A stretch of DNA of 64,000 nucleotides from Tetramitus jugosus (GCA_937625935.1 OW569367.1:62001-126000), one strand, 5' to 3'. Counted from the stretch's first letter, positions 44,399-55,335 are shown. Program-made: numbers and translations. The notes: generated from the sequence alone by a model not told the origin.

Positions 44399-45851
44399 AT
44401 GAACAAAGAGGAAGAGGGACCATGGGAAACAACGGAGCTAATTGAAAAGAGAATCCAGAGACAAATTCAGGAAGCTTTCCCTGCTTCTGATGGAGCATAC
44501 GATGAAACAAATACAGACCGTAAGTGTTTAAACGGATAATATTGTCTTTTTTCTGAATTCAATGAGTTGATTGAATGGTTGTTGATCATTTGTAGAGGGA
44601 AACAGATTAATGAGAAGAAAGTTTGCGAGAGCCAAGAGCTTGACCGCTGTCCCAACACCGAGGATGGAAAGGGATCAAAAGGTAGAGGAGTGGTTAGGTG
44701 AACATAGAGTTGAGGATAGCGAGCTTACTAGTTTAAGGTCAACTGATTTGTTGAGAAGAGATAATGTTTCGAAGAAGAGAGAGATCATATCAATATCTGA
44801 CGAATCTAAGCGAATATTTCACACCACTCTCTCCTATAAGACCACATTATCCGGTGACATAGAATGTGGAGTGTACTTCGATGAAAAGTTTAAAAACCGG
44901 AGAGCTGAACATGTATCTGGCCGAGAGAACGAAGATATGGAGAGGATCATGGACCAAAAAAGAAGAGATAGAAGAAGATCGAGCAAAATGATATTTAACA
45001 ATGGCGTGAAAAACTACAAGTTGCCTTTAGGTGATAAACGAGATTCTGATCAAGTAAAAGCCACTATTATTGATCAATTATTAGAAGAGGAGAACAGACG
45101 AAGGTTAGTTAACCAAAGAAAGAAACACGAGAAAGAAAAGTTCTTGAAGAATCAGAGAAAGAGAGAACTGGTATGGAATGTTAGATAGGATAGATAGATT
45201 GATAATTTGGATTGGTACCATTATTCTAAACAAAATTTATAGGTGGAACTTTCTTTAGGAACGATGCACGATTCTTCTCTCTCGCATGAAAATGCAGCCA
45301 AGATACGGTGGATATCCAATACCATGCGAGAGTCTGCATTCCTCAAGAGGAATGCAAATTTTCATTACTATCAATACTCGGATCTTTATCATTTCGATGA
45401 TTCTGAAAGAGATGAGATAGAAGAAGAAGAAGAATTCATCGAGGGAAGCTCTAACTATGGAAATCCTCTTCTGTTTTCAACGCGTTCCAGTGTTATGAGC
45501 TCTATGCGTGAGAACCAACAGGCCACCTCACAAAGATTCTTTACTTCAACTCAAAGGAGTTATAGTCATCCAAATTTCGAAAGTACAAGGTCTCAGTATT
45601 TACAAAACAATCAAGATCGGTTCAAACTCGTTCAAATTCATCGAAGAGAACAACTGGACAACCTGCAGAGAGCTAAGATGCGCCGAAAAGAGCTCCAGAG
45701 GCTCAGTGGTCAATTGCCATCCAGATTTCTCCACGAGAGAAAATCTCCAAGATTCTCTAATGAAGCCACCTATGAAGAAATAATGTTCTCTCGGAAGGAC
45801 ATTGACCAGTTTGAACAATCGGGCGCAGGTCTCAAGCAACCCAAGCCGTAG
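44399..45851 (+). CDS. Hypothetical charged/coiled-coil protein, 3 exons
   Basis: GTAAGT...TAG intron 44520-44595 and GTATGG...TAG intron 45171-45242 join MNKEEEGPW..., the 44610 ORF and the 45243 ORF in frame. Confidence 0.65.
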
Positions 45852-45940
45852 AAAAAAACGGAGAAAAACATCTTTCTCCGCAACTGTCAGAAAAAAACAG
45901 TGATTTGTGTGACAAAACTAAACAACAAAGAACTCAAACA

Positions 45941-47269
45941 ATGTTTTTCGGCCTGATTTTCTTCCTTGTTCGTTTCTTTGGTTACATTGCACTAGTGTTT
46001 GGTATCATCACCTTTGTGTTTCCACTTGATGATCCAGCATACTATGGCACAGTCAGCAATCGGTCTCATTTGTCAGATGTTGATCATTTGAAACGATTGA
46101 TGGCCCAAAAGAAGAAGCACTCTCCTTCTTCACCTGCTCCCACCGAACAAAAGTCTACTGGAGTAATCTCCGATTCGGATAAATTGAGAGAAAAGCGGAG
46201 AAATATAAAGGCAGAGATATTGTCGACAGAGAGGACCTATGTGCATAATTTGAATGTGCTGCATGATGTATTCCTTGTTCCTATTCGAGAGAAGAAGATT
46301 GTGAATGAAAAAACCCTGAATACCATTTTCTCTCGTGAGATTGACATGATTTTGGAGATTAACCGCATGTTTCTCACTCAGCTAGAGCAGATTCTAGAGG
46401 GTGATCTCACAGAGTCAACCAACAAGGGTAATCACGGAAGTGAGGTTGAGCAATGTGAAAAGCTGGCAGAGCTTCTCCTGAAGCACGCACACTCGTTTAA
46501 GCTCTACATTGGTTATGTGAGTCATTATTCGATTGCAGTGTCTACTCTGAGATCAGAAATGGAATCCAACAAGAAACTGAATCAACTATTGCTGGAGAAG
46601 AAAAAGATTTTGCAGACTCAGGGTGAGCGTGTCACTCAAATTCAAGACTATTTGATCAATCCGATTCAAAGACTGCCAAGGTATCGTCTCTTGTTCCAGG
46701 ATTTGCTGGAGAAGACAGAGTTGAATCATCCGAGCTATCAACAGTTGAAGAAGGCAGTTGATCTCATCAAGGATGTCATTAGTACTGTAAATGAAAAGGA
46801 GGGAGAGCTAAAGAATCAGTTGATTATGCTCGATTTGCACAAGAGAGTGATGAAGAAGGTGCCAGATTTTATCGCACCAACTAGACGATTGAGGGCGCAT
46901 TGTGATGATCAGAATGTGTCCATTGTGTTGGAGGGAAACAAGATGGAGCCATGTTTCCTGTATATTTTCTCTGATTTGATCATTTGCATCTATCAGCAGA
47001 AGGGTCTCAAAAAGAAGGAGAAAGTCATTGCTCAATACATCATGGAGCATCAAGTAACAGAGAAGGGACGAGTTGACTCTGTCAAGATCGTACCAACCGG
47101 TACATCAAAGAATCAATGTAATTTAAAGATTGACACTGTGTATGGATCGAGTCCAATGCTACAAACGAAGAAGGCTCAGACAACAACTGAATCTATCCAT
47201 ATCAGTTGCAGCTCGAGTGAATGCCGTGAGCACATCATGCTTCACTTGAACAAAGTTAACAACACATAA
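45941..47269 (+). CDS. Dbl-homology RhoGEF (DH-PH) with N-terminal hydrophobic anchor
   Basis: EILSTERTYVHNL, FKLYIGYV, YLINPIQRLPRYRLLFQDLL, VISTVNE and PH-like FLYIFSDLIIC. Confidence 0.9.
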   Translation: MFFGLIFFLVRFFGYIALVFGIITFVFPLDDPAYYGTVSNRSHLSDVDHLKRLMAQKKKHSPSSPAPTEQKSTGVISDSDKLREKRRNIKAEILSTERTYVHNLNVLHDVFLVPIREKKIVNEKTLNTIFSREIDMILEINRMFLTQLEQILEGDLTESTNKGNHGSEVEQCEKLAELLLKHAHSFKLYIGYVSHYSIAVSTLRSEMESNKKLNQLLLEKKKILQTQGERVTQIQDYLINPIQRLPRYRLLFQDLLEKTELNHPSYQQLKKAVDLIKDVISTVNEKEGELKNQLIMLDLHKRVMKKVPDFIAPTRRLRAHCDDQNVSIVLEGNKMEPCFLYIFSDLIICIYQQKGLKKKEKVIAQYIMEHQVTEKGRVDSVKIVPTGTSKNQCNLKIDTVYGSSPMLQTKKAQTTTESIHISCSSSECREHIMLHLNKVNNT

Positions 47270-47443
47270 AACAATGGCTTCCTGGCGGTGAACTCTTTTC
47301 CATGTTCGAGAGGTGGTGCAATTTCACGGACCTTGTTTTCTGATCATCATAAAAACGCACCAAAGCCAACCGAAACAATCACAGAACTGCAATAAGCAAC
47401 AACAAAAACAACCGTTATACTACTGTTATTTATATACATTACA

Positions 47444-48823
47444 ATGGTCAAGACATTTGAAGAATACCCACCTGATGTTCTGTTTGAACAATTGCCAAAT
47501 CCTAGTGACTTTGACATGGACGAAGCCATTCAAGCCGGAGATTTCTACAACAAGGGCATTCAACTCGTACTCCACGTGCAAGACTCGTCTGACTTGAATC
47601 GGTTGATTCTAAAGTCCGACAGTTGCTCCATTGAAATTCCAGAGCTGGAGATTGAGATTCCAGAGGGAACAGCACGAGTGTGCACCGTTCATGACTATCT
47701 GGAACAAGTCAAGAGCAATATGGATATGGCGTTCAGTAGTGAGAGCTTGCGTACTCCTGCGCAAAACAAGGTGTTGAACAATGTGGAGCTTGCATTGCAA
47801 GGTCAATGGCCGTTCGATCTGATCCTCAGAGATGTCTTGGGTAATTCAAGGATTCAGGGTGTGGTTCAAGACAAAGGCGCTCAACTCACTGAACAGGTGA
47901 CGGGATTGGAGCTCTATCGGTTGGATCCCAAGATTGAATACCATTTGTTTGATCGCTCAGCAAGAGACAATATTGAACTAGGTATGGAGAATGATAATCC
48001 ACTATTCCAGTCAGTAACTGGCGAAGAAGGAATGAAGTTAGCAATTGAATTGATTCAAAAATCAAACAAGATTGTTGGCTTTACTGGTGCTGGTATTTCA
48101 ACAGAGAGCAACATTCCTGCTTTCAGAAACAACAAGGACGGAGGAAAGGAAAACACCATCTGGAGTGAATATGATGTGAATGACCTCGTGTACTCGAACA
48201 TCATTGCGAATGTAAAGGCAAGAACAAGCTACTTCAAGATGCATGCCATGCTGCATCAATTGATTCAAAAGGCTGACCCAAATGCCAGTCATCGACTCTT
48301 TGTTGAACTGGAGAAACAGGGCAAACTATTGGGAGTGATTACTCAAAATATTGATGGCTTGCACCAAAGATCAGGCGTTTCAGAAGAGAAAGTGATGGAA
48401 CTTCATGGAACTACTCTCCGTGTGAAGTGTGAGACATGTCACAAGAGTGCTTCTTCAGATCCTTATTATGATGAAATCAATAACATGGTTGCCCAGGCAG
48501 TGGATCCACAGGAACTTACTTTCTCTCCATTGTGTGATGCCTGCTCGGGTATCTTGAAGCCAAGTACAATTAGTTTCGGACAAGCATTGGATCCTGATGT
48601 TCTGAAGGGAGCTCAAGAAGCGGCACAACAGTGTGACTTGATGATTGTCATGGGAAGTGCACTAGTAGTTGCTCCAGCTAATCAACTGCCACTGAATTGT
48701 GTGGATAGAAACGTTCCTGTCATTCTCATCAACCTCGGTGAAACACCAATGGATAACATGTGCACAGTGTTGCTGAAGGGCAGATGTGGTGAACTTTGTG
48801 AGCAAATTATTCCACAAATATAG
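47444..48823 (+). CDS. ZPR1-domain / sirtuin (Sir2) fusion protein
   Basis: N-half: KGIQLVLHV..SDLNRLILKSDSCSIEIPELEIEIP..., PFDLILRDVLGNSRIQ, DPKI...FDRSARDNIELG (ZPR1 A/B module). C-half: GAGISTES, TQNIDGLHQ, ELHG, CETC/CDAC, FGQ and GSALVVAPA (sirtuin). Single uninterrupted ORF. Confidence 0.88.
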   Translation: MVKTFEEYPPDVLFEQLPNPSDFDMDEAIQAGDFYNKGIQLVLHVQDSSDLNRLILKSDSCSIEIPELEIEIPEGTARVCTVHDYLEQVKSNMDMAFSSESLRTPAQNKVLNNVELALQGQWPFDLILRDVLGNSRIQGVVQDKGAQLTEQVTGLELYRLDPKIEYHLFDRSARDNIELGMENDNPLFQSVTGEEGMKLAIELIQKSNKIVGFTGAGISTESNIPAFRNNKDGGKENTIWSEYDVNDLVYSNIIANVKARTSYFKMHAMLHQLIQKADPNASHRLFVELEKQGKLLGVITQNIDGLHQRSGVSEEKVMELHGTTLRVKCETCHKSASSDPYYDEINNMVAQAVDPQELTFSPLCDACSGILKPSTISFGQALDPDVLKGAQEAAQQCDLMIVMGSALVVAPANQLPLNCVDRNVPVILINLGETPMDNMCTVLLKGRCGELCEQIIPQI

Positions 48824-48868
48824 TAAACCAGCTTCATGATAGTTTAATTTCTCTTATGTTTACTAGTA

Positions 48869-50446
48869 TTACAATTGATAGATCTCAGTGTACTTTTGAG
48901 TGAGATAGTCAATAAAGTACTTTGGATTAAGTGGTTCACCGGTGGCACGCTCCAACAATTTATCAGCGTTCAAGTCTGCAGATCCTCTCGAGTGAATTCT
49001 TGCAGTCAACAGAGTCTTAATTTCCTTGTATTCACCATTCTCTAGCAACGATTCGAAATTTGGCAACTTTGCGGCGATCTGAGCAGCGATTGCAGCACCT
49101 AGCAGATAAGTTGGGAAGTAACCATAATAACCCATGCCCCAATGAACATCTTGCAAAATACCTTCAGTATCATTGGATGGAGTAATTCCCAAATAATCTT
49201 GCATCTTCTTGTTCCATACGTCTGGCAAACCATCAACTGAATATGTTCCATCGAACAATCCTCTTTCGATCTCATAACGAAGGATAATGTGAAGTGGATA
49301 AGTCACTTCATCAGATTCAACTCTAATAAATATTGGTTGGACAGTGTTGGCTGCTCTGAACACCTCATCAACCGATACTGAATCGGGCAAGTGAGGGAAA
49401 GCAGTTCTGAACTGTGGCCAGAATCTCTTGAAGAATGGCTTACTCAACGCGACATGTCTCTCCCAGAACAATGACTGAGATTCATGTACTCCCATGGACA
49501 GTGCGTTAGAGACTGGTAAATTGGCATACTCTGTTGGCAAGTTTTGTTCATACATGGCATGACCGCTCTCGTGAACCGTACCAGCCAAACCCTGCAAGAA
49601 TTCAGTGGTTCTGTACCTGGTCGTAATTCTGACATCGAATCCAGGAGCAGGACTAATGGTGAACGGATGAACAGACACATCAATTCTTCCACTCTTGAAA
49701 TCATATCCAATCTGCTCAGCAATACTCCTGTTCAACTCTTTTTGCTTCTCAATTGGAAAAGCGCCTTCTTCACCAGACAAGTACGACTCATCAATCGTCA
49801 CCTTGTTCTTTGCTTGTTCAATCTTTTGAATCAATGGAACCAATGATTCCTTGATTTGACCAAACACTTGATCAATTCTCTCGCACGACAACCCAGATTC
49901 ATACTCATCGAGACACACATTGTACGCATCTTGCTCAGGATCAATCAATCCACTCATTGTTTTCTTCAATTGAATCCATTGGGCCAAGAAGGGAGAGAAC
50001 TGAGACCAATCACTGTTCTTTCTTGCATTGACCCACGAGTGATAACCATCAGAGTTGAGCTTACTCTGCTTTTCAATCAATTCCTTTGGTACTTTGACCT
50101 TTCTGTCATATTCATGTCTCGCGAGAACGATATTGGCTCTCTCAAACTCATTCAATGACTCTTCATCACCACCACTGCCAGTCTGCTGTTGTTCTTGTTG
50201 TTGTGAATCAACAGAGTATGAAGCCAACTCTTGCAATAGCTTACCAATCTCAGGATGAGTCACGTGATCGTACACGATTCCACCCAACAGTTGCTTTTGT
50301 TCACTGCGAGGAGCTGCTCCTTGCTCTGGCATCATGACCATTTCATCCCATTCCAACAAGTACTCGATGCCCTTGAGTTGACCAATTTTCTTCAAGTGTT
50401 GGCACAGTTGGTTGTATTGGGATCTTACGATGCTGCTGGAAGACAT
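48869..50446 (-). CDS. Carboxypeptidase Taq (peptidase family M32)
   Basis: HPF, DVRITTRY, HESGH (HExxH), HESQS, IRVESDE, QDVHW and GYFPTY. Confidence 0.95.
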   Translation of the reverse strand: MSSSSIVRSQYNQLCQHLKKIGQLKGIEYLLEWDEMVMMPEQGAAPRSEQKQLLGGIVYDHVTHPEIGKLLQELASYSVDSQQQEQQQTGSGGDEESLNEFERANIVLARHEYDRKVKVPKELIEKQSKLNSDGYHSWVNARKNSDWSQFSPFLAQWIQLKKTMSGLIDPEQDAYNVCLDEYESGLSCERIDQVFGQIKESLVPLIQKIEQAKNKVTIDESYLSGEEGAFPIEKQKELNRSIAEQIGYDFKSGRIDVSVHPFTISPAPGFDVRITTRYRTTEFLQGLAGTVHESGHAMYEQNLPTEYANLPVSNALSMGVHESQSLFWERHVALSKPFFKRFWPQFRTAFPHLPDSVSVDEVFRAANTVQPIFIRVESDEVTYPLHIILRYEIERGLFDGTYSVDGLPDVWNKKMQDYLGITPSNDTEGILQDVHWGMGYYGYFPTYLLGAAIAAQIAAKLPNFESLLENGEYKEIKTLLTARIHSRGSADLNADKLLERATGEPLNPKYFIDYLTQKYTEIYQL

Positions 50447-50639
50447 TTTTGTTTGCTTGTGTTTCTTTGGTTGTTGTTGAGCTTTTTGTTTTTGATATTT
50501 TGGTGTGATCCCGTCTTCTCCGCAAAATTCGATTCTTTACAAAATCTCTTGTTGAAGGCGGCGAAATTTTGAATACAAAGGGGAATCTGATAATAAGGTT
50601 GGTGAATTTACGGTTTCTCTGCAACGATGGCTTCTTGGC

Positions 50640-53600
50640 TCAATTGGCCTTTTGTGTTGCTTTGACTTGATTCCATTTGGTATTGAGTTCAGTCTTTGCT
50701 GCAGCCACCAAGCAAGAGCTAGCAATGAGGGCTGGAACGACTGCAGTGTACGTTCTGAACCAGAAGAGAGCAATGCACGGCATACCCACCCAGGCAAACG
50801 CTATTGGGATAAGCAGCACCTCTCCAATCAGTCCCATTGAGTACCCAGATCGAGCACACACACCCAGTAATCCAATGTAGGAGTGAGTAATACCGAAAAG
50901 TGGGAAGAATTTGTTGACTTCTGCTTGAGCGGAAACAACAGAGCGCAGGGTTATCCGTGTGGTTATTGCCCACCACAGCAAGTAGAATAATACCAAGTTG
51001 ATATATCCTGTAGGAAAAAGTAGCCAATTTGTGCTAAATTTCAGCAAACATCGAATTGATATCTCGTACGACTGCACTAGCATCACCTGAGGGAACAACA
51101 CGGGTATGCTGACCCCGAATAAATTAGGCGAAACTGCAGAACAAGAGCGAACAATAATAGAGGAAACACCACTCCAAAACGTCGCGAGTTGAGTGCACAA
51201 GTTGATGAGACCACCCATGGCTATTTGTCGAATAGGATACACCAGAGGCGAAAAATTCAAAAATCCAAACAGTGCCAAATACCATGTTGCCGATACATTC
51301 AAAAGGCCAAATAGAACTCGGTATGGCTCGTTCGAGTACATGAACTGATCCCACTGCTTGATTCCCAGGAAATTCCATTTAACAAGTTTCGATGTGTATC
51401 GTGGTATATTAATGCTTAGTACATCAGTCGCAGTGATTACGATGAAGAACTCTATCTGTCTCGAACAACTTCTGAGTACATCATTACTGAAAATCTCAGC
51501 AAGTGTATCTTGAGCTCTTGGATAAGTTCTAAAATAAAATCGTATGCTGTTGTACACATATAGAGGTCCCACAAGAATCGTCGCCAGCAAAATGAGCGGA
51601 AGCATGAAAAATCGATAGAAATGTGTCCATGCATCCAACGCCTCGTCTGCCATCATAACTCGGAATCCATTGTCGTAATCATTCTCCTCAGGAGAGAGAG
51701 TTTTCTTTGGTTGTCGTGCCAAATACTCCACGATGTATCTCTCTTTGTATGGATTGCCTGAAAAAGCACTCCAAACAATTCCAGAAAATGTTCTTTGGTT
51801 GACTGTCTCACGCATCAAAACGCTATGATAGAGACTTCTATTTCCTCGCCTCTCTGTATTCGGTAAACGAGTATCAATTGACTCATTCTCACAATAAAAT
51901 CTCCATAAGTAATTTTCATTGGAAACGTCTCTCCAATTCTTACAGACAAGGGCGCTGTTGCAGGTTTCTCTTGGCTCTAAATATGCGAAAGCACTTGCTA
52001 ATATTTCAGATGGAAGAACATTGATGTTAAAGTCTCGTTGTTGTATCTTCCTTGATTCAGTAAAGACTCCTTGTCTCTCATTTTGTTTCATCTTAATTAG
52101 GTATCTAACATATCGAACAATTCGTCTTGTTGTTTCTACTGAATGGAAAATGGTGTAAAAGATAAACAAGGTATTCAATAGACATTGAATATCAAGTAGG
52201 AGAGAATAAACTTGTTTGGCCAGGATTTTCCTTATGTTGCCAAATCCTTCTGCTTTCAATGCCCATAACAACAATGGCACTCTGTATACTGTGGCGACAA
52301 CAATAACACCATACAGCACAGTTATAGCATCAATTGCGGTCGAAGCAGTTGTTCTAGTCATACCAAGTCTTCTTTCCTCGTCGGTTGTTGCAAAGTACAA
52401 CACGTTGAAGAAATTATACAACCTGAATGGCATAATTACACTCGACAGAAATGCAACTGAAACAATTGGTAAATCAATAGCCAGTTGTTTTGCCTGGACT
52501 AGAATAAAATCTCGGAATGATTCTCGTTTCTTTGGTGATCTGCAGTAGGCAACAACATATCGTATTCTATAGGTACTCGACACTACAAACAGGGTTACGA
52601 AAATATAGGGAACATCTATCAACATTTCGACAAAATTATTGAACACCAATCTACGTCGTTCGGAGGCGTTCGAGCACTTCATTAGGGACTGAAGTATATA
52701 CGTCACTCTCCACAAGGATAAAGGCGTCATTATTATGAATGGTATGTCAACAATTAACTCGTAAAATTCTCGAAATACAGCAGCATGAATAAATATTGTT
52801 GTTCCCTCTTTCCATCTTAGAGCTAGAAGGGACAGAATCACCTTGCACCTCCAACTACACAACACGACGATTGTGCACAACATACATGGAATATCAAGAA
52901 TGGTCAACAAAGTGGATAATCCAAGAGCTAACATTCTCTTCCTATAGTCCTTTTCCTCTTGGAGTAACTTTCTGATATAGCCAATCCTCCACACAGCAAA
53001 AGATGATAAAATAACCAATAATATGAGTGGTATATCCTTGATGAGCTCATAGAAAACTATGAATAACTTCTTATGGGTTTGAATAGCTTGTGACAACTCT
53101 AATGATTGCACCAATATGGTGTCTTCTTTGAGAATTTTAACAATACTTGGTGCTCTCCACATAGTGACCATGACAATTATTGAAGATATGCATGCTACAA
53201 CATCAAGTAATATGCACAAAGTCTGCACACTGATAGCTTTCAGAACTAATTTCTTCTTATTGGGCAAATGAGCACTCATTTTGATTAACCGAATCGTAAT
53301 TGGGAGTCGGTACATTGTGAATACAACAACATATGTGCAAATAATGAAAGGAATCTGCAATGGTAATAGGGCGGCATTTTTCATGCACGAGTATCGGTAC
53401 TTATCTCTTAATTCTTCCTCTGACAACAATCGTGTTTCAGGTACAGCGTGATCCCCGTCTTCCAGCACTGAGTTTGCTTGCTCTTCTTTCTTCTTTCTAA
53501 ACTCATTCACACAGGCCTTGTATCTCTGGTAGTAGCTTGCCAGTGTTAAGAGATGAAGCAAAGAAGAAGTCAATAAAATAACAGATATGACAAATGGCAC

Positions 53601-55076
53601 ATCTAAATAGGCTTGCTTAAATTGACGCAGGCATATACGTCTTCGTTCCCTTGCAGCAGACGCTTGAAAAACAGAATAAATTAAGTAAGGCAACCTCCAC
53701 AACGATAGAACAGCTACTAGGATATGCGGCAAGTCAACGAGCTGCTCGCCAACCTCTCTCAACATCACATATCTCATGTGCTTATCGCCTCGATGTGCAA
53801 TCTTACTGTACAGGTTCGGAACTCTGTACAAAAATAAGAAGACTACAACTGAGCATAACATACAAATACTATCAAGAATAATATCAAGTGCAGCGGCCAT
53901 TATAATCTCGTGTGGATCGATAGCAGAATAACTTTGATCTTTCCATAATTCTTCCAACTTTCTTTGTACAGGTCGTATCTTGTAAACAGACAAGCATACC
54001 AAAATTGATGACAATACCATCGGTATATCAAGAAGAGCGGCTGCCAATTGATAGGCAATAATATGTCTAAGCTTAGACGATCCTAGCTTGTTAAAGTAAT
54101 GAACGAACGAGTACCACCTCCAGACCATTGGTACCAAAACCAAGCCCATGATGATAAATGGTATATCGATCACAGCTTCTCTGACAAATTCAATCGCTAC
54201 AAACACTCGCTTATCAACATCAGCGTTGTACAAATCGATCAAGTACTTTTTAGTTCTGTAAGGAAACAGAACACACAAAATAAGTGTGAAATAAAGGATT
54301 GGTGTTTCCACAAAGGCCTTCATCTCTTGAACTACCAGAACCTCGCCAAAACTAATGTTTCGTTGTCCAGTTGGTGGTGGAGGTGCAGGTGCTGCTGTAC
54401 CTATAATCTGTTGTGGTGAATACTTCCTGATCGAACGATAAACGTGCCCTATTCTTGAAACATTGATCAATAGAATTGGAGACAATGCCAATCCAATCAC
54501 AATCAATATCGAGAGAATCAAATGTTTGAGGCACTGATTGGTCACTTCTCTTGGCTTTGCCCGAGACAAGTCTGCGAAAAATGCAGGTATTCTCACAATG
54601 AACCCATGACCCAGAATCGACAGCAAGAACCCAAGCATCTCCCACTGCAACAGCATCATATCCCAGAACATTTTCGCACGATCTATCTGGCCACCCAACA
54701 GAAAATGCGCTCTCTCGTACATGACCACTGACATGATCAATGAAAACGAAATGGATAACCATCGAACGAACGCAGACTCCTGCAACAGCAACGACAAGTG
54801 ATACAAATAAGTGAAAATGGCATAGAGACTCAGTAGACCCAATGGCAAGAACATTAAGCTCAACACATATCTCACAGGTATCAAAAAGTAGTGCGAGATT
54901 GCATTGCCATTCTCTCGATGCTGGTAGGAACCATATTTGAGCACATTGACTTTGTAAACAAAGTAGTGCAAGAAGCAAAACGGTGCTCCAATCACCAACG
55001 CAACACCATCGAATATTTTACAGCAGACAGTGATCAGAAATTGGAGAACGATCACAACTAACGGGGCATCCCTCAT
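50640..55076 (-). CDS. Large polytopic membrane repeat protein with F-box
   Basis: About 15 hydrophobic repeats of the form xD[IVL]P....[WY]R; F-box INVLPSEILASAFAYLEPRETCNSALVCKNWRDVSNENYLWR at ~51900-52025; intronless, 1478 aa. Confidence 0.8.
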   Translation of the reverse strand: MRDAPLVVIVLQFLITVCCKIFDGVALVIGAPFCFLHYFVYKVNVLKYGSYQHRENGNAISHYFLIPVRYVLSLMFLPLGLLSLYAIFTYLYHLSLLLQESAFVRWLSISFSLIMSVVMYERAHFLLGGQIDRAKMFWDMMLLQWEMLGFLLSILGHGFIVRIPAFFADLSRAKPREVTNQCLKHLILSILIVIGLALSPILLINVSRIGHVYRSIRKYSPQQIIGTAAPAPPPPTGQRNISFGEVLVVQEMKAFVETPILYFTLILCVLFPYRTKKYLIDLYNADVDKRVFVAIEFVREAVIDIPFIIMGLVLVPMVWRWYSFVHYFNKLGSSKLRHIIAYQLAAALLDIPMVLSSILVCLSVYKIRPVQRKLEELWKDQSYSAIDPHEIIMAAALDIILDSICMLCSVVVFLFLYRVPNLYSKIAHRGDKHMRYVMLREVGEQLVDLPHILVAVLSLWRLPYLIYSVFQASAARERRRICLRQFKQAYLDVPFVISVILLTSSLLHLLTLASYYQRYKACVNEFRKKKEEQANSVLEDGDHAVPETRLLSEEELRDKYRYSCMKNAALLPLQIPFIICTYVVVFTMYRLPITIRLIKMSAHLPNKKKLVLKAISVQTLCILLDVVACISSIIVMVTMWRAPSIVKILKEDTILVQSLELSQAIQTHKKLFIVFYELIKDIPLILLVILSSFAVWRIGYIRKLLQEEKDYRKRMLALGLSTLLTILDIPCMLCTIVVLCSWRCKVILSLLALRWKEGTTIFIHAAVFREFYELIVDIPFIIMTPLSLWRVTYILQSLMKCSNASERRRLVFNNFVEMLIDVPYIFVTLFVVSSTYRIRYVVAYCRSPKKRESFRDFILVQAKQLAIDLPIVSVAFLSSVIMPFRLYNFFNVLYFATTDEERRLGMTRTTASTAIDAITVLYGVIVVATVYRVPLLLWALKAEGFGNIRKILAKQVYSLLLDIQCLLNTLFIFYTIFHSVETTRRIVRYVRYLIKMKQNERQGVFTESRKIQQRDFNINVLPSEILASAFAYLEPRETCNSALVCKNWRDVSNENYLWRFYCENESIDTRLPNTERRGNRSLYHSVLMRETVNQRTFSGIVWSAFSGNPYKERYIVEYLARQPKKTLSPEENDYDNGFRVMMADEALDAWTHFYRFFMLPLILLATILVGPLYVYNSIRFYFRTYPRAQDTLAEIFSNDVLRSCSRQIEFFIVITATDVLSINIPRYTSKLVKWNFLGIKQWDQFMYSNEPYRVLFGLLNVSATWYLALFGFLNFSPLVYPIRQIAMGGLINLCTQLATFWSGVSSIIVRSCSAVSPNLFGVSIPVLFPQVMLVQSYEISIRCLLKFSTNWLLFPTGYINLVLFYLLWWAITTRITLRSVVSAQAEVNKFFPLFGITHSYIGLLGVCARSGYSMGLIGEVLLIPIAFAWVGMPCIALFWFRTYTAVVPALIASSCLVAAAKTELNTKWNQVKATQKAN

Positions 55077-55335
55077 TGTATGTTGTTAGTATTTTGAATC
55101 GTTGTTGATTGAGTTGCTGGTGAAGTAAGTTGGTTGTTGTGTACAATGTTTTGTGCAATTGATGGCCTCCGAAAAACTCTTGGGGTACTCTTGGTGGGGA
55201 ACAGTCATGAGATCCAAGTTCTCTCACAAAGAACAAAGTGAACAAGAGATAAAAACAATCAAGAACTTGTCAAAAATAAAAAATTGATAGATGGTCACTA
55301 CAGATTACTGGCTGAGTTGATTATGTTTGTTGTGC

